Shown here: positions 29,670-38,933 of the stretch, one piece after another
How the letters are laid out: every line of letters starts with the position of its first letter
Numbering within the stretch: position 1 is the first letter of the stretch
Assembly (NCBI GenBank): GCA_963760365.1
Contig: CAVXDC010000004.1
Location: 27,452 to 91,451, forward strand
Direction: 5' to 3'
Source: an uncultured Phycisphaerae bacterium
GTDB taxonomy: Bacteria; Planctomycetota; Phycisphaerae; SM23-33
Length of the DNA stretch: 64,000 nt
The notes under the pieces: model-generated
The model's database searches: none
Seen by the model: only the letters and a program-made list of their open reading frames with translations
Told to the model about the DNA's origin: nothing
Made by a program: the position numbers and the translations under genes

Positions 29670-29756
29670 GGCCCGGTGGCGGAACTGGTAGACGCAAGGG
29701 ATTTAAAATCCCTTGTCCCGAAAAGGGGCGTGTGGGTTCGAATCCCGCCCGGGCCA
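29670..29756 (+). tRNA. tRNA-Leu (anticodon UAA), long variable arm
   Basis: Acceptor GGCCCGG pairs with CCGGGCC. The anticodon stem AGGGA/TCCCT closes loop TTTAAAA. There is a long variable arm and T-arm GTGGG-TTCGAAT-CCCGC. Discriminator is A, and CCA is not encoded. Confidence 0.9.
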
Positions 29757-29836
29757 TCCGCCTTCACCGAGGCTTCGGCGGATGCTGTCGCAACCCTAGT
29801 GTGCTGGGTGAAACCCTCCGAAGCTTCAGCGAAGGA

Positions 29837-29859
29837 GGGTTCGAATCCCGCCCGGGCCA
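29837..29859 (+). repeat. exact 23-nt direct repeat of the tRNA-Leu 3' end
   Basis: GGGTTCGAATCCCGCCCGGGCCA at 29837-29859 is identical to 29734-29756. Confidence 0.9.
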
Positions 29860-29911
29860 GTGGGGGATGCCTGGCGATTCAGTGAGTTGGAAGTCTGCGT
29901 TATTGAGCTAT

Positions 29912-30708
29912 TTAGTCACTTATTAAAATCTCAGCGAAGAAGTCCTTCATCGCCTGCCAGGATCGCCGGTCTGCCTTGGCGTTGTACGCGACGTTCTTTG
30001 AAGGATCGTCGCCCGAGGCGGGGTTCGTAAAACTGTGGACGGCCCCGCCGTAGAGGACGACCTGGTAATCCACTTTACCTTGCGCATCTCGTCCCGGAAG
30101 GCCTCCACCTGCGACATCGGCACGCTGCGGTCGTCCGCACCCGTACACACCAGCACCGAGCAACGGATGTTCTTGGCCTCGGCCGGATCAGTCGCGTCGA
30201 GCCCTCCGTGGAAGCTCACCACGCCGGCGATGTCAGCCCCACTGCGGGCCAGTTCCAGCACCACCGTGCCGCCGAAGCAGTAGCCGATGGCGGCGATGCG
30301 CTTGGGGTCCACGCGCGGGTTGGACCGGACGGCTTCCAGCGCCGCGGTGATTCGCTGGCGCATGAGCTTGCGGTCCGATCGGAACTTCCCGGCCAAGTCT
30401 CCGGCTTGCTTGGCGTCCTTGGCTAGCACGCCTTTGCCGTACATGTCCACGGCGAAGGCGACGTAACCCAGCTCCGCCAGTTGGCGGGCACGGCCTTTGG
30501 CATAGTCGTTCAGGCCCCACCACTCGTGCACCACCAACACCAGCGGCCGGGGGGCCTTGGCCGACTCCTCGTAGGCCAGAACACCTTCCAGGACCGTCTG
30601 TCCGTCTTTGTACTCCACGGCCTCTGTTTTGATGGCCGCCAGCGCCGAGGTGGCCATAATGGCCACGGCCGCCCCAACGGCCATCGAGGACATCATGATT
30701 CCGCCCAT
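29912..30708 (-). CDS. dienelactone hydrolase family protein (secreted), one apparent frameshift near 30078
   Basis: It has a signal peptide, then LVLVVHEWWGLNDY and the nucleophile context IGYCFGG. The C-terminal GKVDYQVVLYGGAVHSF lies in ORF 29912-30163, and restoring one G joins the frames. Confidence 0.8.
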
Positions 30709-30910
30709 GGTTGTCTCCTTGAATGTATCTTGGTGTATGCAGAATTTTAGGCCTCATGTCTGTGGCTTCAGGGCCACCATGACAAGATGAGCGAACATTG
30801 CCCGCAGCCCGCGGCCCATGCTACCATCCCCGACGCTTGGCCCAATTTGATCGCGAACCGGATTATTCAGCGCATAAGGACGTTCCTATCGAGAAAGGGG
30901 CCGGCCAACG

Positions 30911-31966
30911 ATGCAAAGTTCCATCCATCGCGTTCGCGACGTGATCCACGGGCGGCTTCCCGATCGGCCGCCGTTGTTCGACATCCTCCGCAACGATGCA
31001 GTCATCAGCCATTTTGCAGACAAGACGCTGACGGTGGAGAACGCCCCCCAAGTCGTCTTCGCCGCCTACGCACCGGCCCTGGACGCGACGCGCGCCTCGG
31101 TCCGTCTGCCCAAGCACGAGGAAACTCGCACGCTGCCCGACGGGCGCCGGCAGCGGGACTATCGCTGGACGAGTTGGTCTGAGCACGTCCCGTATGCCGA
31201 TGCGGCCGACTACACCACCGCCAAGCGGAAGGTGCTAGACGCCTTCGACCCGGCCTGGACGGACCAAAAGCAGCAAAAAGTGGACGACTGGCTCGCTGCC
31301 CTGGCCGACTGCCGTCGGCGGCTGGGAGAGGTATTTTACTTCCCCTCCACCCGCGCGGTGAACCTAACCTCACTCTACGGCGAGGTGGGTCTGGAACAGT
31401 TCAGCTACTTCCTGGCCGACTGTCCGGACCTCATCGACGAACTACTGGAGCTGAACACAGTCCTCGCCGAGGCCTGGATCGCCCACCTGCCGGCCGACCA
31501 CGGCGCAGAAGCGGTCTTCCTGGCCGACGACATCGCCTTCAAGACCGGCCCGCTGCTGAGCCCATCCTGGTTGGACGTGCATTACTTCCCCAGGCTCGCC
31601 CGCGTCATCGCCGCATGGCACGCCAAAGGCGCCAAGCTCCTGTTCCACTCCGATGGCCATCTCATGCCCGTACTGGACCGGTTGGTGGCGTGCGGCATCG
31701 ACGGACTGAATCCCATCGAGATCAACGCCGGCATGGACGTGGGGGAGATCCACCGTCGGTATCCCGCGCTGTGGATGGCCGGCGGAATCGACATGTCGCA
31801 ACTCCTGCCGCACGGCACGCCGCAACAGGTGGCCGAAACCGTCCACCGCACTATCAAGGCGGCCGAAGGAAAGATCATGATCGGCTCCAGCGCCGAGCTG
31901 CAAGACTCCGTGCCACTGGCCAACTTCCTGGCCATGCGCGAGGCGGTGCTGAACTACCAGTACTGA
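30911..31966 (+). CDS. uroporphyrinogen decarboxylase (URO-D)-like family protein
   Basis: The C-terminal half (LFHSDGHLMPVLDRLVACGIDGLNPIE...MIGSSAEL) resembles URO-D/MtaA-type TIM-barrel proteins. The assignment is family level only. Confidence 0.65.
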   Translation: MQSSIHRVRDVIHGRLPDRPPLFDILRNDAVISHFADKTLTVENAPQVVFAAYAPALDATRASVRLPKHEETRTLPDGRRQRDYRWTSWSEHVPYADAADYTTAKRKVLDAFDPAWTDQKQQKVDDWLAALADCRRRLGEVFYFPSTRAVNLTSLYGEVGLEQFSYFLADCPDLIDELLELNTVLAEAWIAHLPADHGAEAVFLADDIAFKTGPLLSPSWLDVHYFPRLARVIAAWHAKGAKLLFHSDGHLMPVLDRLVACGIDGLNPIEINAGMDVGEIHRRYPALWMAGGIDMSQLLPHGTPQQVAETVHRTIKAAEGKIMIGSSAELQDSVPLANFLAMREAVLNYQY

Positions 31967-31988
31967 GGCCCCAAGATTCCCGTGGGGC

Positions 31989-33395
31989 TTACCACTTGCC
32001 CGTTTTGCGGACGGCCGGGACGGGGTGGCCCTTCAGATCGGCCAGGCCTTTGGAAAGCTCCTCATCCGACAGGGGGTAATCGTGCAGCTTGCCTTGGAGG
32101 TAATCGTCGTAGCCGGTCAGGTCCATCAAACCGTGCCCGGACCAGTTGAACAGGATGACCTTTTCCTTGCCTTCTTCCTTGGCTTGGCGGGCCTGGTCGA
32201 TGACTGCGGCGATGGCGTGGGAGGTCTCCGGGGCGGGGATGAAGCCTTCGGTCCTGGCCCAGGTGATGGCGGCCTCGTAGCACTTGAGTTGCGGATAGGC
32301 CTGGGCGCGGACCAGGCCTTCCACCAGCGCCTGGCTGACCAGGGGGGCCATGCCGTGGTACCGCAGCCCGCCGGCGTGGGTCGGCGGGGGCACGAAGCCG
32401 TGCCCCAGGGAGTGCATCGCCAGCAGGGGGGTCATCCTGGCCACGTCACCGTGATCGTAGGCGAACGGGCCGCGGGTGAGCGTGGGACAGGACTCCGGCT
32501 CGACGCCGATGATGTCGATCGTTTCCCCGTGAATCTTGTCGCAGACGAACGGGAAGGATAGTCCCGCGAAGTTCGACCCACCGCCGCAGCAGCCGAGCAC
32601 CACGTCCACCCGTTTCTCCCCGGCCTTGGCGAGCTGCTTCTTGGCCTCCAGACCGATGACGGTCTGATGCAGCAGTACGTGGTTGAGCACGCTGCCCAGG
32701 CTGTAGCGTGTCTTGCCGGTGGAGTCGCTGACGGCCGCCTCGATGGCCTCGCTGATGGCGATGCCCAGGGAGCCTGGGGTATCGGGCATCTTGGCCAGGA
32801 TGTCGCGCCCGGCCTGGGTTTGAGAGGAGGGACTGGCCACGCACTCGGCGCCCCAGACTTGCATCATCAGCTTGCGGAAGGGTTTCTGGTCGAAGCTGAT
32901 CCGCACCATGAACACCTTGCACTCCAACCCCAGCAGGCAGCATGCAAAGGCCAACGCGCTGCCCCATTGGCCGGCGCCGGTCTCGGTCGTCAGCCGGCGG
33001 ATGCCGAACTGCTTGTTGTACCAGGCCTGGGCGACGGCGGTGTTGGGCTTGTGACTGCCGGGCGGGGAAACGCCTTCGTCCTTGTAGTAGATCCTCGCCG
33101 GCGTCCCCAACGCCTTCTCCAGCCGCAGGGCCCGGCGCAGCGGCGACGGCCGCCATAGCGCCAGCAGCTCTAAAACCTCATGGGGAATGTCGATCCATCG
33201 CTGGGTGGAAACCTCCTGCTCGATGATGTTCATGGGAAAGACCGACGCCAAGCTTTGGGGGGTAATAGGTTTGCCGTCCGGACCCAAAGGGGGCAGGGGG
33301 GGATTGGGCAAGTCCGCGGCTAGGTTGTACCATTGACGCGGCAAGTCCCTTTCGTCCAGCAGGATTTTCTTCACATTCGTTTTCTTAGTGGCCAT
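31989..33395 (-). CDS. trpB2: TrpB-like PLP-dependent enzyme (tryptophan synthase beta chain type 2)
   Basis: [18 protein letters not shown]...[18 protein letters not shown]...[11 protein letters not shown] is diagnostic of long TrpB2 proteins. Confidence 0.9.
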   Translation of the reverse strand: MATKKTNVKKILLDERDLPRQWYNLAADLPNPPLPPLGPDGKPITPQSLASVFPMNIIEQEVSTQRWIDIPHEVLELLALWRPSPLRRALRLEKALGTPARIYYKDEGVSPPGSHKPNTAVAQAWYNKQFGIRRLTTETGAGQWGSALAFACCLLGLECKVFMVRISFDQKPFRKLMMQVWGAECVASPSSQTQAGRDILAKMPDTPGSLGIAISEAIEAAVSDSTGKTRYSLGSVLNHVLLHQTVIGLEAKKQLAKAGEKRVDVVLGCCGGGSNFAGLSFPFVCDKIHGETIDIIGVEPESCPTLTRGPFAYDHGDVARMTPLLAMHSLGHGFVPPPTHAGGLRYHGMAPLVSQALVEGLVRAQAYPQLKCYEAAITWARTEGFIPAPETSHAIAAVIDQARQAKEEGKEKVILFNWSGHGLMDLTGYDDYLQGKLHDYPLSDEELSKGLADLKGHPVPAVRKTGKW

Positions 33396-33597
33396 CCCTT
33401 CGTCCTCCAGACAGCCTAACCGCCCCGTTGGTCAAGATATACCCACGGCCGGCGGCTCACGAGCCTATAGACACTGAGGATAACCCCAAAGGTGGACTGG
33501 GGCTATTTCTCTTTTGGGGTTCCGGTCAATGAAACAGGCCTGGAGGGAACTGTGGGGCAGGGTCGCAAAGATTTTTTTGCGAAATGAATTTTCCGGC

Positions 33598-33637
33598 TTG
33601 ACATACTCGCTTCTTATTTATACGTTTTGTAAAACGT
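33598..33637 (+). promoter_or_regulatory. candidate promoter (TTGACA at 33598-33603) with inverted repeat ACGTTTT-GT-AAAACGT (33622-33637) upstream of the merR-like gene
   Basis: Read directly in the AT-rich trpB2/merR divergent spacer. The -10 assignment is ambiguous (TATACG or TACGTT). Confidence 0.3.
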
Positions 33638-33679
33638 AAAATAAAATGCAAGGTTGGATGGACGCAGGTTGTGGAAACG

Positions 33680-34120
33680 ATGAGTACTGAATCACATCCC
33701 AGCCCATCTTCAGCAGAAACGGAAGGTATCGGCTCGATCAGCAGTCCGGCTAAAAGTGCTGAGAAGTTCTCATCGTCATCAGCCGGTCTCATCGGGACTG
33801 GCAGCGGTTCGAGGGCCGGACCGCCGCGACGCCAGAGACCGCCGAAGCTCTATCGGATCGGCGAGGTCGTGGACTACTCCGGCGTCAGCAGGCAGACCAT
33901 CCACAACTACGCCACGATGGGTCTGATCCGCGAGAGCCGCTGGACGCACGGCGGGCATCGGCTGTTCGATGAGTCCGTGTTCGAGCGGCTGGACTGCATT
34001 GCGGAGATGAAGGCTGCCAACAAGTCGCTTCAGGAGATTCGGGATCACTTCGCCCAATTGGATGGGCAGCGCGACGGCTTGGCGGCGGCGCAGGAGCCTC
34101 GAGACACAAGGTCACCGTGA
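33680..34120 (+). CDS. MerR-family transcriptional regulator
   Basis: YRIGEVVDYSGVSRQTIHNYATMGLIRESRWTHGGHRLFDESVFERL is a MerR-type winged HTH. A Ser-rich N-terminal extension precedes it. Confidence 0.8.
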   Translation: MSTESHPSPSSAETEGIGSISSPAKSAEKFSSSSAGLIGTGSGSRAGPPRRQRPPKLYRIGEVVDYSGVSRQTIHNYATMGLIRESRWTHGGHRLFDESVFERLDCIAEMKAANKSLQEIRDHFAQLDGQRDGLAAAQEPRDTRSP

Positions 34121-34154
34121 CGGACTCCGAGGCCATGGTCATGGAGGACTGGAC

Positions 34155-36056
34155 GTGACAGGGAATGTGATAGAAATCCTCGACCGAGTACGGTCGCGCG
34201 CCGCCGCCATGAGCCGCCGAAGCCGGTGGATCGCAGGGTTGTTAGCCGGAACGGTGCTGCTGGGCGCCTTGTGGCTGGCCGTCGCGGGTAGGGGGGCGGA
34301 AATGGTTCCCCTGGACACGCACGACCTGAGTTCCGCAGACCTTACTGCCGTTCAGGGGGTGCTTGCGGATCGCGGCATTTCGTGCCAGCTCACCTCCGGA
34401 AGACTCTCGGTCTCCCCCAAGCACTTGGCAGCGGCAAGAGAGATCGTCGCGCAGCTCACCAAGCAGCGAAACGACGCCACCGAATCGCTGGCGGCGCTGG
34501 CCAGGGAGGACGACATCTGGCGGACGGCCGCCCAGAACGACAAGCGCTGGCAGGCCGCCAAAATGGCCACCCTCAGCCGGCTGGTGGAGACGTTTCCCTC
34601 GGTGGCCTCAGCCACGGTGCTGTACGAGCCCGGCAGTCCGCGCGGCCTGGGCAGCGCCGGCCAGGAACCCACCGCGGCCGTGCGCGTCTCGATGAGGACC
34701 GGCGCGACGCTGACGCACTCGGTCGCGCTGGCCATCGCGGAGCTGGTCTCTGGCAGCATCGCGGGCATGAGCTGCCGGCACGTGCGGGTCGTGGACGCCA
34801 GCGGCCAAAGCTACCGCTTCGATACCGAGCCGGGCAATGAGGACAAGGCCCTGCAACACCGGCGCGAAATCGAGACGTATTATCACGAAAAAATCCACAC
34901 CGCCCTGAACTACATCGACAAGGTGGTGCTTGCCGTCTCGGCCATCGGGAAGGACGATCCAGCCGCCGAACTAGCCGTCTCGGTATCTGTGCCGCGGAGC
35001 TACCTGGCCGCCGTCACCCGGGGAGGCCGGGGTGATCCATCCACCGCCGATCAGGCGCTAGCCAAGATTCGCCAAGCGGTTCTGGCCGCCGCCGACAAGC
35101 CTTGCCAGGTCAAGGCCGACTGGTACTACGACACCGAGCCTGCCACACTGGCCGAGGCGTCCGCGTCTGGGAGCGGGACGTTCGGCTGGAGCGGTGTGCT
35201 GGTCGTCGCCGGCCTAGCTGCCGGCTGCGGCGCAGGTTCAGCGCTGCTGGTCCACCACATCGTGCGGCGTCGATCCAACCGTATCAGGCAGGGGTCGGAC
35301 GCTCCCGGCGGGGCGGAAATCACCGAAGGTGGGGTCGGTAGCCGTGAGGCGCAGGAGGCGGACAGGCCTTGGGATTTCCTGAAAAAGCTCACCACCGATG
35401 AGACCGTTTCCCTGGTTGCCTTCGAGCATCCGCAGACCATCGCGATCGTCCTGGGGCAGCTTGAACCGGCAAGGGCCGCGGCGGTGCTGACGGGTCTAAG
35501 CGAGGAAACCCAGGCCACCGTTGCCCGGCGCGTGGCCGTTCTGCACCAGGTCTCCCCCGTGGTGATCGTCGAGGTCGGCCGCACCTTGGCAGACCGCGCC
35601 GCCAACCTGACCAAAGGTCAACCGCCGGCGGCGGGGACCGAAGGGCGGATGGCCGAGATCCTCCGCCACGCCGGTTATGCCACCGAGAAGGTGGTGCTGG
35701 CCGCCTTGGCCGGCCAGTCGCCCTCGCTGGTGGAGGCCATTCGCCAGCGGATCTTCAGCTTCGAGGACATCGCCCAGTTGCCGACCGATCGCCTGCGCCC
35801 TGCGCTTGCCCACGTGGACAGTGCGGAGCTTGCGGTGGCCCTGCGAACGGCCGGGGAGGACGTCAAGGCAAAAATCTTTTCCGCGATGCCGGCTGAGGCC
35901 TCGCGTCGCGTGCGGGAAGAGATGGAGCAGATGGTCCCAGTCCGGTTGAGCGAAGTCGAGGCCGCCCAGCAGCGGGTGGCCGAGGCGGTGCGCCGTGCGG
36001 AGAGCGGGGAGTATCTCTCCGAGTCGGCCCGCCAGGAAAGGCAACTGCTGGCCTGA
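34155..36056 (+). CDS. fliF-fliG: flagellar M-ring/rotor fusion protein: short FliF fused to FliG middle and C-terminal domains
   Basis: The N-terminal part has TM1 (WIAGLLAGTVLLGALWLAVAG) and YscJ/FliF ring-building motifs (LTAVQGVLADRGISCQL..., TAAVRVSMRTGATL...VRVVDASGQSY). TM2 follows (WSGVLVVAGLAAGCGAGSALLV). About 50 residues later come FliG_M (EHPQTIAIVLGQLEPARAAAVL) and FliG_C (...MPAEASRRVREEMEQM). It is one uninterrupted ORF, with a GTG start preceded by GGAGGA. Confidence 0.75.
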   Translation: MTGNVIEILDRVRSRAAAMSRRSRWIAGLLAGTVLLGALWLAVAGRGAEMVPLDTHDLSSADLTAVQGVLADRGISCQLTSGRLSVSPKHLAAAREIVAQLTKQRNDATESLAALAREDDIWRTAAQNDKRWQAAKMATLSRLVETFPSVASATVLYEPGSPRGLGSAGQEPTAAVRVSMRTGATLTHSVALAIAELVSGSIAGMSCRHVRVVDASGQSYRFDTEPGNEDKALQHRREIETYYHEKIHTALNYIDKVVLAVSAIGKDDPAAELAVSVSVPRSYLAAVTRGGRGDPSTADQALAKIRQAVLAAADKPCQVKADWYYDTEPATLAEASASGSGTFGWSGVLVVAGLAAGCGAGSALLVHHIVRRRSNRIRQGSDAPGGAEITEGGVGSREAQEADRPWDFLKKLTTDETVSLVAFEHPQTIAIVLGQLEPARAAAVLTGLSEETQATVARRVAVLHQVSPVVIVEVGRTLADRAANLTKGQPPAAGTEGRMAEILRHAGYATEKVVLAALAGQSPSLVEAIRQRIFSFEDIAQLPTDRLRPALAHVDSAELAVALRTAGEDVKAKIFSAMPAEASRRVREEMEQMVPVRLSEVEAAQQRVAEAVRRAESGEYLSESARQERQLLA

Positions 36057-36068
36057 GCGAGGCAAGCC

Positions 36069-36858
36069 ATGGCACGGATTATCAAAGCTGACCAGGATGT
36101 GGACGGTACAACCACGGCGGTGTTGAGATTGACGGATTTCGTCGCCGAGGCGCGGGCGGTGGTACTGGAGGCCCGCAAGGAAGCGGCGAGGATCGTGGCC
36201 GAGGCCCGCGGCAAGGCCGAGCAAATCGAACAAGCGGCCACCCAACACGGCTACCAGGAAGGTTTTGCCCGCGGCCGAAACGACGGCTACAGCGACGGCC
36301 AACAGGCAGGATCGCGCCAAGGGCTGGAGGTTTCCGCCGGGGCGGCCGCCCAGGCGCTGTCCTGCGCCCAGCGGGTGGCCGAGGAGCTCGGCGCCGCCCG
36401 GAGCGAGCTGGTGGAGCAGGCCCGGCAAGAGCTGCTGGACCTGGCGCTGGCGATCGCGGAGCGGATTGTGGGCACCGTGGCGACCCGGGACGTCGCCGCC
36501 GCCCAGGCCAACCTGGTCAAGGTGCTGGAAATGGCCGGTTACGCCAAGGCAATCACGATCAAGGTCAATCCCGACCAGCTCCAGGCCTTGCGGGAACACT
36601 GCCACAAGGCCGTCGAGGCGCTGGCCATCAAAGGTCGCGTGGAACTGGTGGCCGATGAGACGCATCAGCCCGGGTGGCGTGAAAGTACTCACCGGCGCCG
36701 GGCAGATCGACGCGACTGTCGAAACGCAACTGGCCCACGTCGTCGGGGCCCTGCTCGGCTCGGCGGCCCAGACAGAACCGCCGGGACATTATGAGCCGTA
36801 CGGCCACGACGAGTCGCATGAAACTCCAAAGACAGGGACATTTTACGGAGCGGCATGA
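36069..36858 (+). CDS. fliH: flagellar assembly protein FliH, one apparent frameshift near 36660
   Basis: It has a coiled-coil N-terminus (EARKEAARIVAEARGKAEQIEQ...GYQEGFARGRNDGY) and a C-terminal domain (LLDLALAIAERIV). The tail SPGGVKVLTGAGQIDATVETQL lies in ORF 36265-36858. The stop overlaps the fliI start (ATGA). Confidence 0.7.
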
Positions 36859-38229
36859 AACCCTTTGAGACCTACCGGCAGGTGTTGCGTCACGTTCAGC
36901 CCCTGGGCGTCAGCGGGCGGGTGAGCGCCGTTCGCGGCCTGACGGTCAGCGTGTCGGATTTCCCCGCCCCCATCGGCGCCACTTGCCGAGTGGAGGGCAT
37001 GGGCGAGGCCGGTGGAGGCCCGCGTGGTGGGCTTTGCCGATGACCGGACACTGGTGATGCCGATGGGCGCGATGACCGGCATCTGCCGCGGCGCGCGTGT
37101 ACGGCTGACCTCCTGCCGCCAGACGGTGGCCCTGGGCGAGGGGGTCTTGGGACGGGTACTGGACGGCACCGGCCGGCCCATCGACGGGCGCGGACCGATC
37201 GCCGCCCGGGAGCATCTGCCCGTCTGGCCGGAACCGCTCGCGGCCATGCGGCCGACGGCGGATCAGCCAGCCGCTGGGCACCGGCATCCGGGCAATCGAC
37301 GGGCTGCTGACGGTCGGCCGGGGCCAGCGGATGGGCATCTTCTCCGGCTCGGGCGTGGGCAAGAGCGTCCTTCTGGGCATGATCAGCCGCTTCACCGCCG
37401 CCGACGTGACCGTCATCGGCCTGATCGGCGAGCGCGGCCGCGAGGTCCGCGACTTCATCGAGCAGGACCTGGGCCCCGAGGGGCTGGCCAAAAGTCGGTG
37501 GTGGTCGTCTCCACCAGCGACGAGCCGCCGCTGCTCCGCGTCCAGGCCGGGGCGGTCGCGGCGGCCGTGGCTGAATACTTCCGCGACCGCGGGGCCGACG
37601 TGCTGCTGCTGGTGGACTCCCTGACCCGCCTGGCCACGGCCCAGCGGCAGATCGGTCTGGTGGCCGGCGAGCCGCCCACCACCAAGGGCTACACCCCCAG
37701 CGTGTTCAACCTGCTGCCGCAACTGCTGGAGCGCAGCGGGCGGACCGAGACCGGCTCGATCACCGGCTTCTACACCGTCCTGGCCGAGGGCGACGACCTC
37801 AGCGAGCCCGATCAGCGACGCCGTGCGGGCCGTCACCGACGGGCACATCCACCTGTCGCGCGAGCTGGCCAACCGCGGGCAGTACCCGGCCATCGACTGC
37901 CTCCGCAGCGTCAGCCGCGTGATGATCGACCTGGTGGATGCCCCGCACCGGGCCTAGCCGCCAGGGAACTCAACCGCCTGATGACCCTCTACGGCCAGGT
38001 GGAGGATATGGTCGGCATCGGCGCCTACCGGCCGGGGGCGAGCCTCGACTTCGATTTGGCCATCCGGGCCATGCCGCTGATCCGGGCCTTCTTGACCCAG
38101 GGTATCAGTGAGCAGGAGGCCTTGGAGAACACGCACGGCAAACTGCTGGGACTCCACCAGCAGATCATGGACATTCGGGCATCTCTTGAAGGCGCCGCTG
38201 GGCATGGCGGCGATCGGAGGACGCAATGA
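36855..38229 (+). CDS. fliI: flagellum-specific ATPase FliI, five apparent frameshifts as assembled
   Basis: The stitched pieces give a complete FliI: [30 protein letters not shown] (Walker A at 37346-37366), [11 protein letters not shown] (Walker B), and [15 protein letters not shown]...[12 protein letters not shown]. Frame changes lie near 37010, 37255, 37495, 37808 and 37955. Confidence 0.9.
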
Positions 38230-38681
38230 ACGCAGACAACCAGGACCATCGTCTGTCGGTGCTATGGAAGGTGCGGCGCCAGAGCGAGGACGCTTGCCGG
38301 ATGGCGTTCGAGTCAGCCCGCACCCAGGCCGATTCCGCCGAGGTGTATGTGCGGCGGCTGAGGAACCTTTTGGAGGTCCACACCGCCGAGGCCCGCTCGG
38401 TCATGCTGAACGACCCGGCCACGATGGCGCGATACCGTCAATCGGCGGCGGAACTGGGCGCCGCCCTGGTCGATGCCACACGTTTTCTGGCCGAGGCACG
38501 CTTGAAGCTGGAACGCCGTCGGGCGGAGCTTGAAGAGGCGATGCGCCAAAGAAAGGCGGCTGAGGCGCTCCAGCAACGAGAGGCGACGGCGGCGGCAGCG
38601 GCGCAGAACCGCCAGGAAAACCGAACTTCCGAAGAACTGCACGCGGCGCGCTCGGCTGCCGAGACCACCGCGCGACCCTAG
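38226..38681 (+). CDS. fliJ: flagellar export chaperone FliJ-like coiled-coil protein
   Basis: A 151-aa all-helical, charged protein directly after fliI (ATGA overlap). The assignment rests on position and composition. Confidence 0.55.
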   Translation: MNADNQDHRLSVLWKVRRQSEDACRMAFESARTQADSAEVYVRRLRNLLEVHTAEARSVMLNDPATMARYRQSAAELGAALVDATRFLAEARLKLERRRAELEEAMRQRKAAEALQQREATAAAAAQNRQENRTSEELHAARSAAETTARP

Positions 38682-38699
38682 AGGCGGTAAAGGTCCATC

Positions 38700-38933
38700 A
38701 TGAGTGATCAGGTCAACGTGCGACTGGAGCTGGGCAGACAGATGATCCCGGCTGCCGAGGCCTGGCGTTTGGACGTCGGCGGCGTGGTGGAGCTGGACCG
38801 TCGCATTGAAGACCGCCTGGACATCTATGCCGATGGCCGGCTCATTGCGCGCGGCCAGGCCGTCGTCGTCGCGGGCAAGCTGGCTGTCCGGGTCGAGGAA
38901 ATCGTCTCCCCGCATGTAAGGTCCGTTGGATGA
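38700..38933 (+). CDS. fliN: flagellar motor switch protein FliN (SpoA domain only, 77 aa)
   Basis: VNVRLELGRQMIPAAEAWRLDVGGVVELDRRIEDRLDIYADGRLIARGQAVVVAGKLAVRVEEIV matches the FliN/SpoA pattern. Confidence 0.8.
   Translation: MSDQVNVRLELGRQMIPAAEAWRLDVGGVVELDRRIEDRLDIYADGRLIARGQAVVVAGKLAVRVEEIVSPHVRSVG

Noticed and set aside
34062-34154. The ORF-track start (34062) for the FliF-FliG gene, overlapping the merR-like gene by 59 nt.
   Set aside because: The first 31 codons are Arg/Gly/His-rich and overlap the upstream gene. A GTG at 34155 preceded by GGAGGA is a better start, with the TM1 segment following about 25 codons later.
34155-36056. The possibility that the FliF-FliG fusion is just another single-base assembly error removing a stop codon.
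   Set aside because: A lost stop would leave a full FliF C-tail and FliG N-domain in the ORF. Here only about 50 residues separate TM2 from the EHPQ middle domain, so roughly 150 aa or more of expected sequence is absent rather than frameshifted. A larger collapse or misassembly cannot be excluded without reads.
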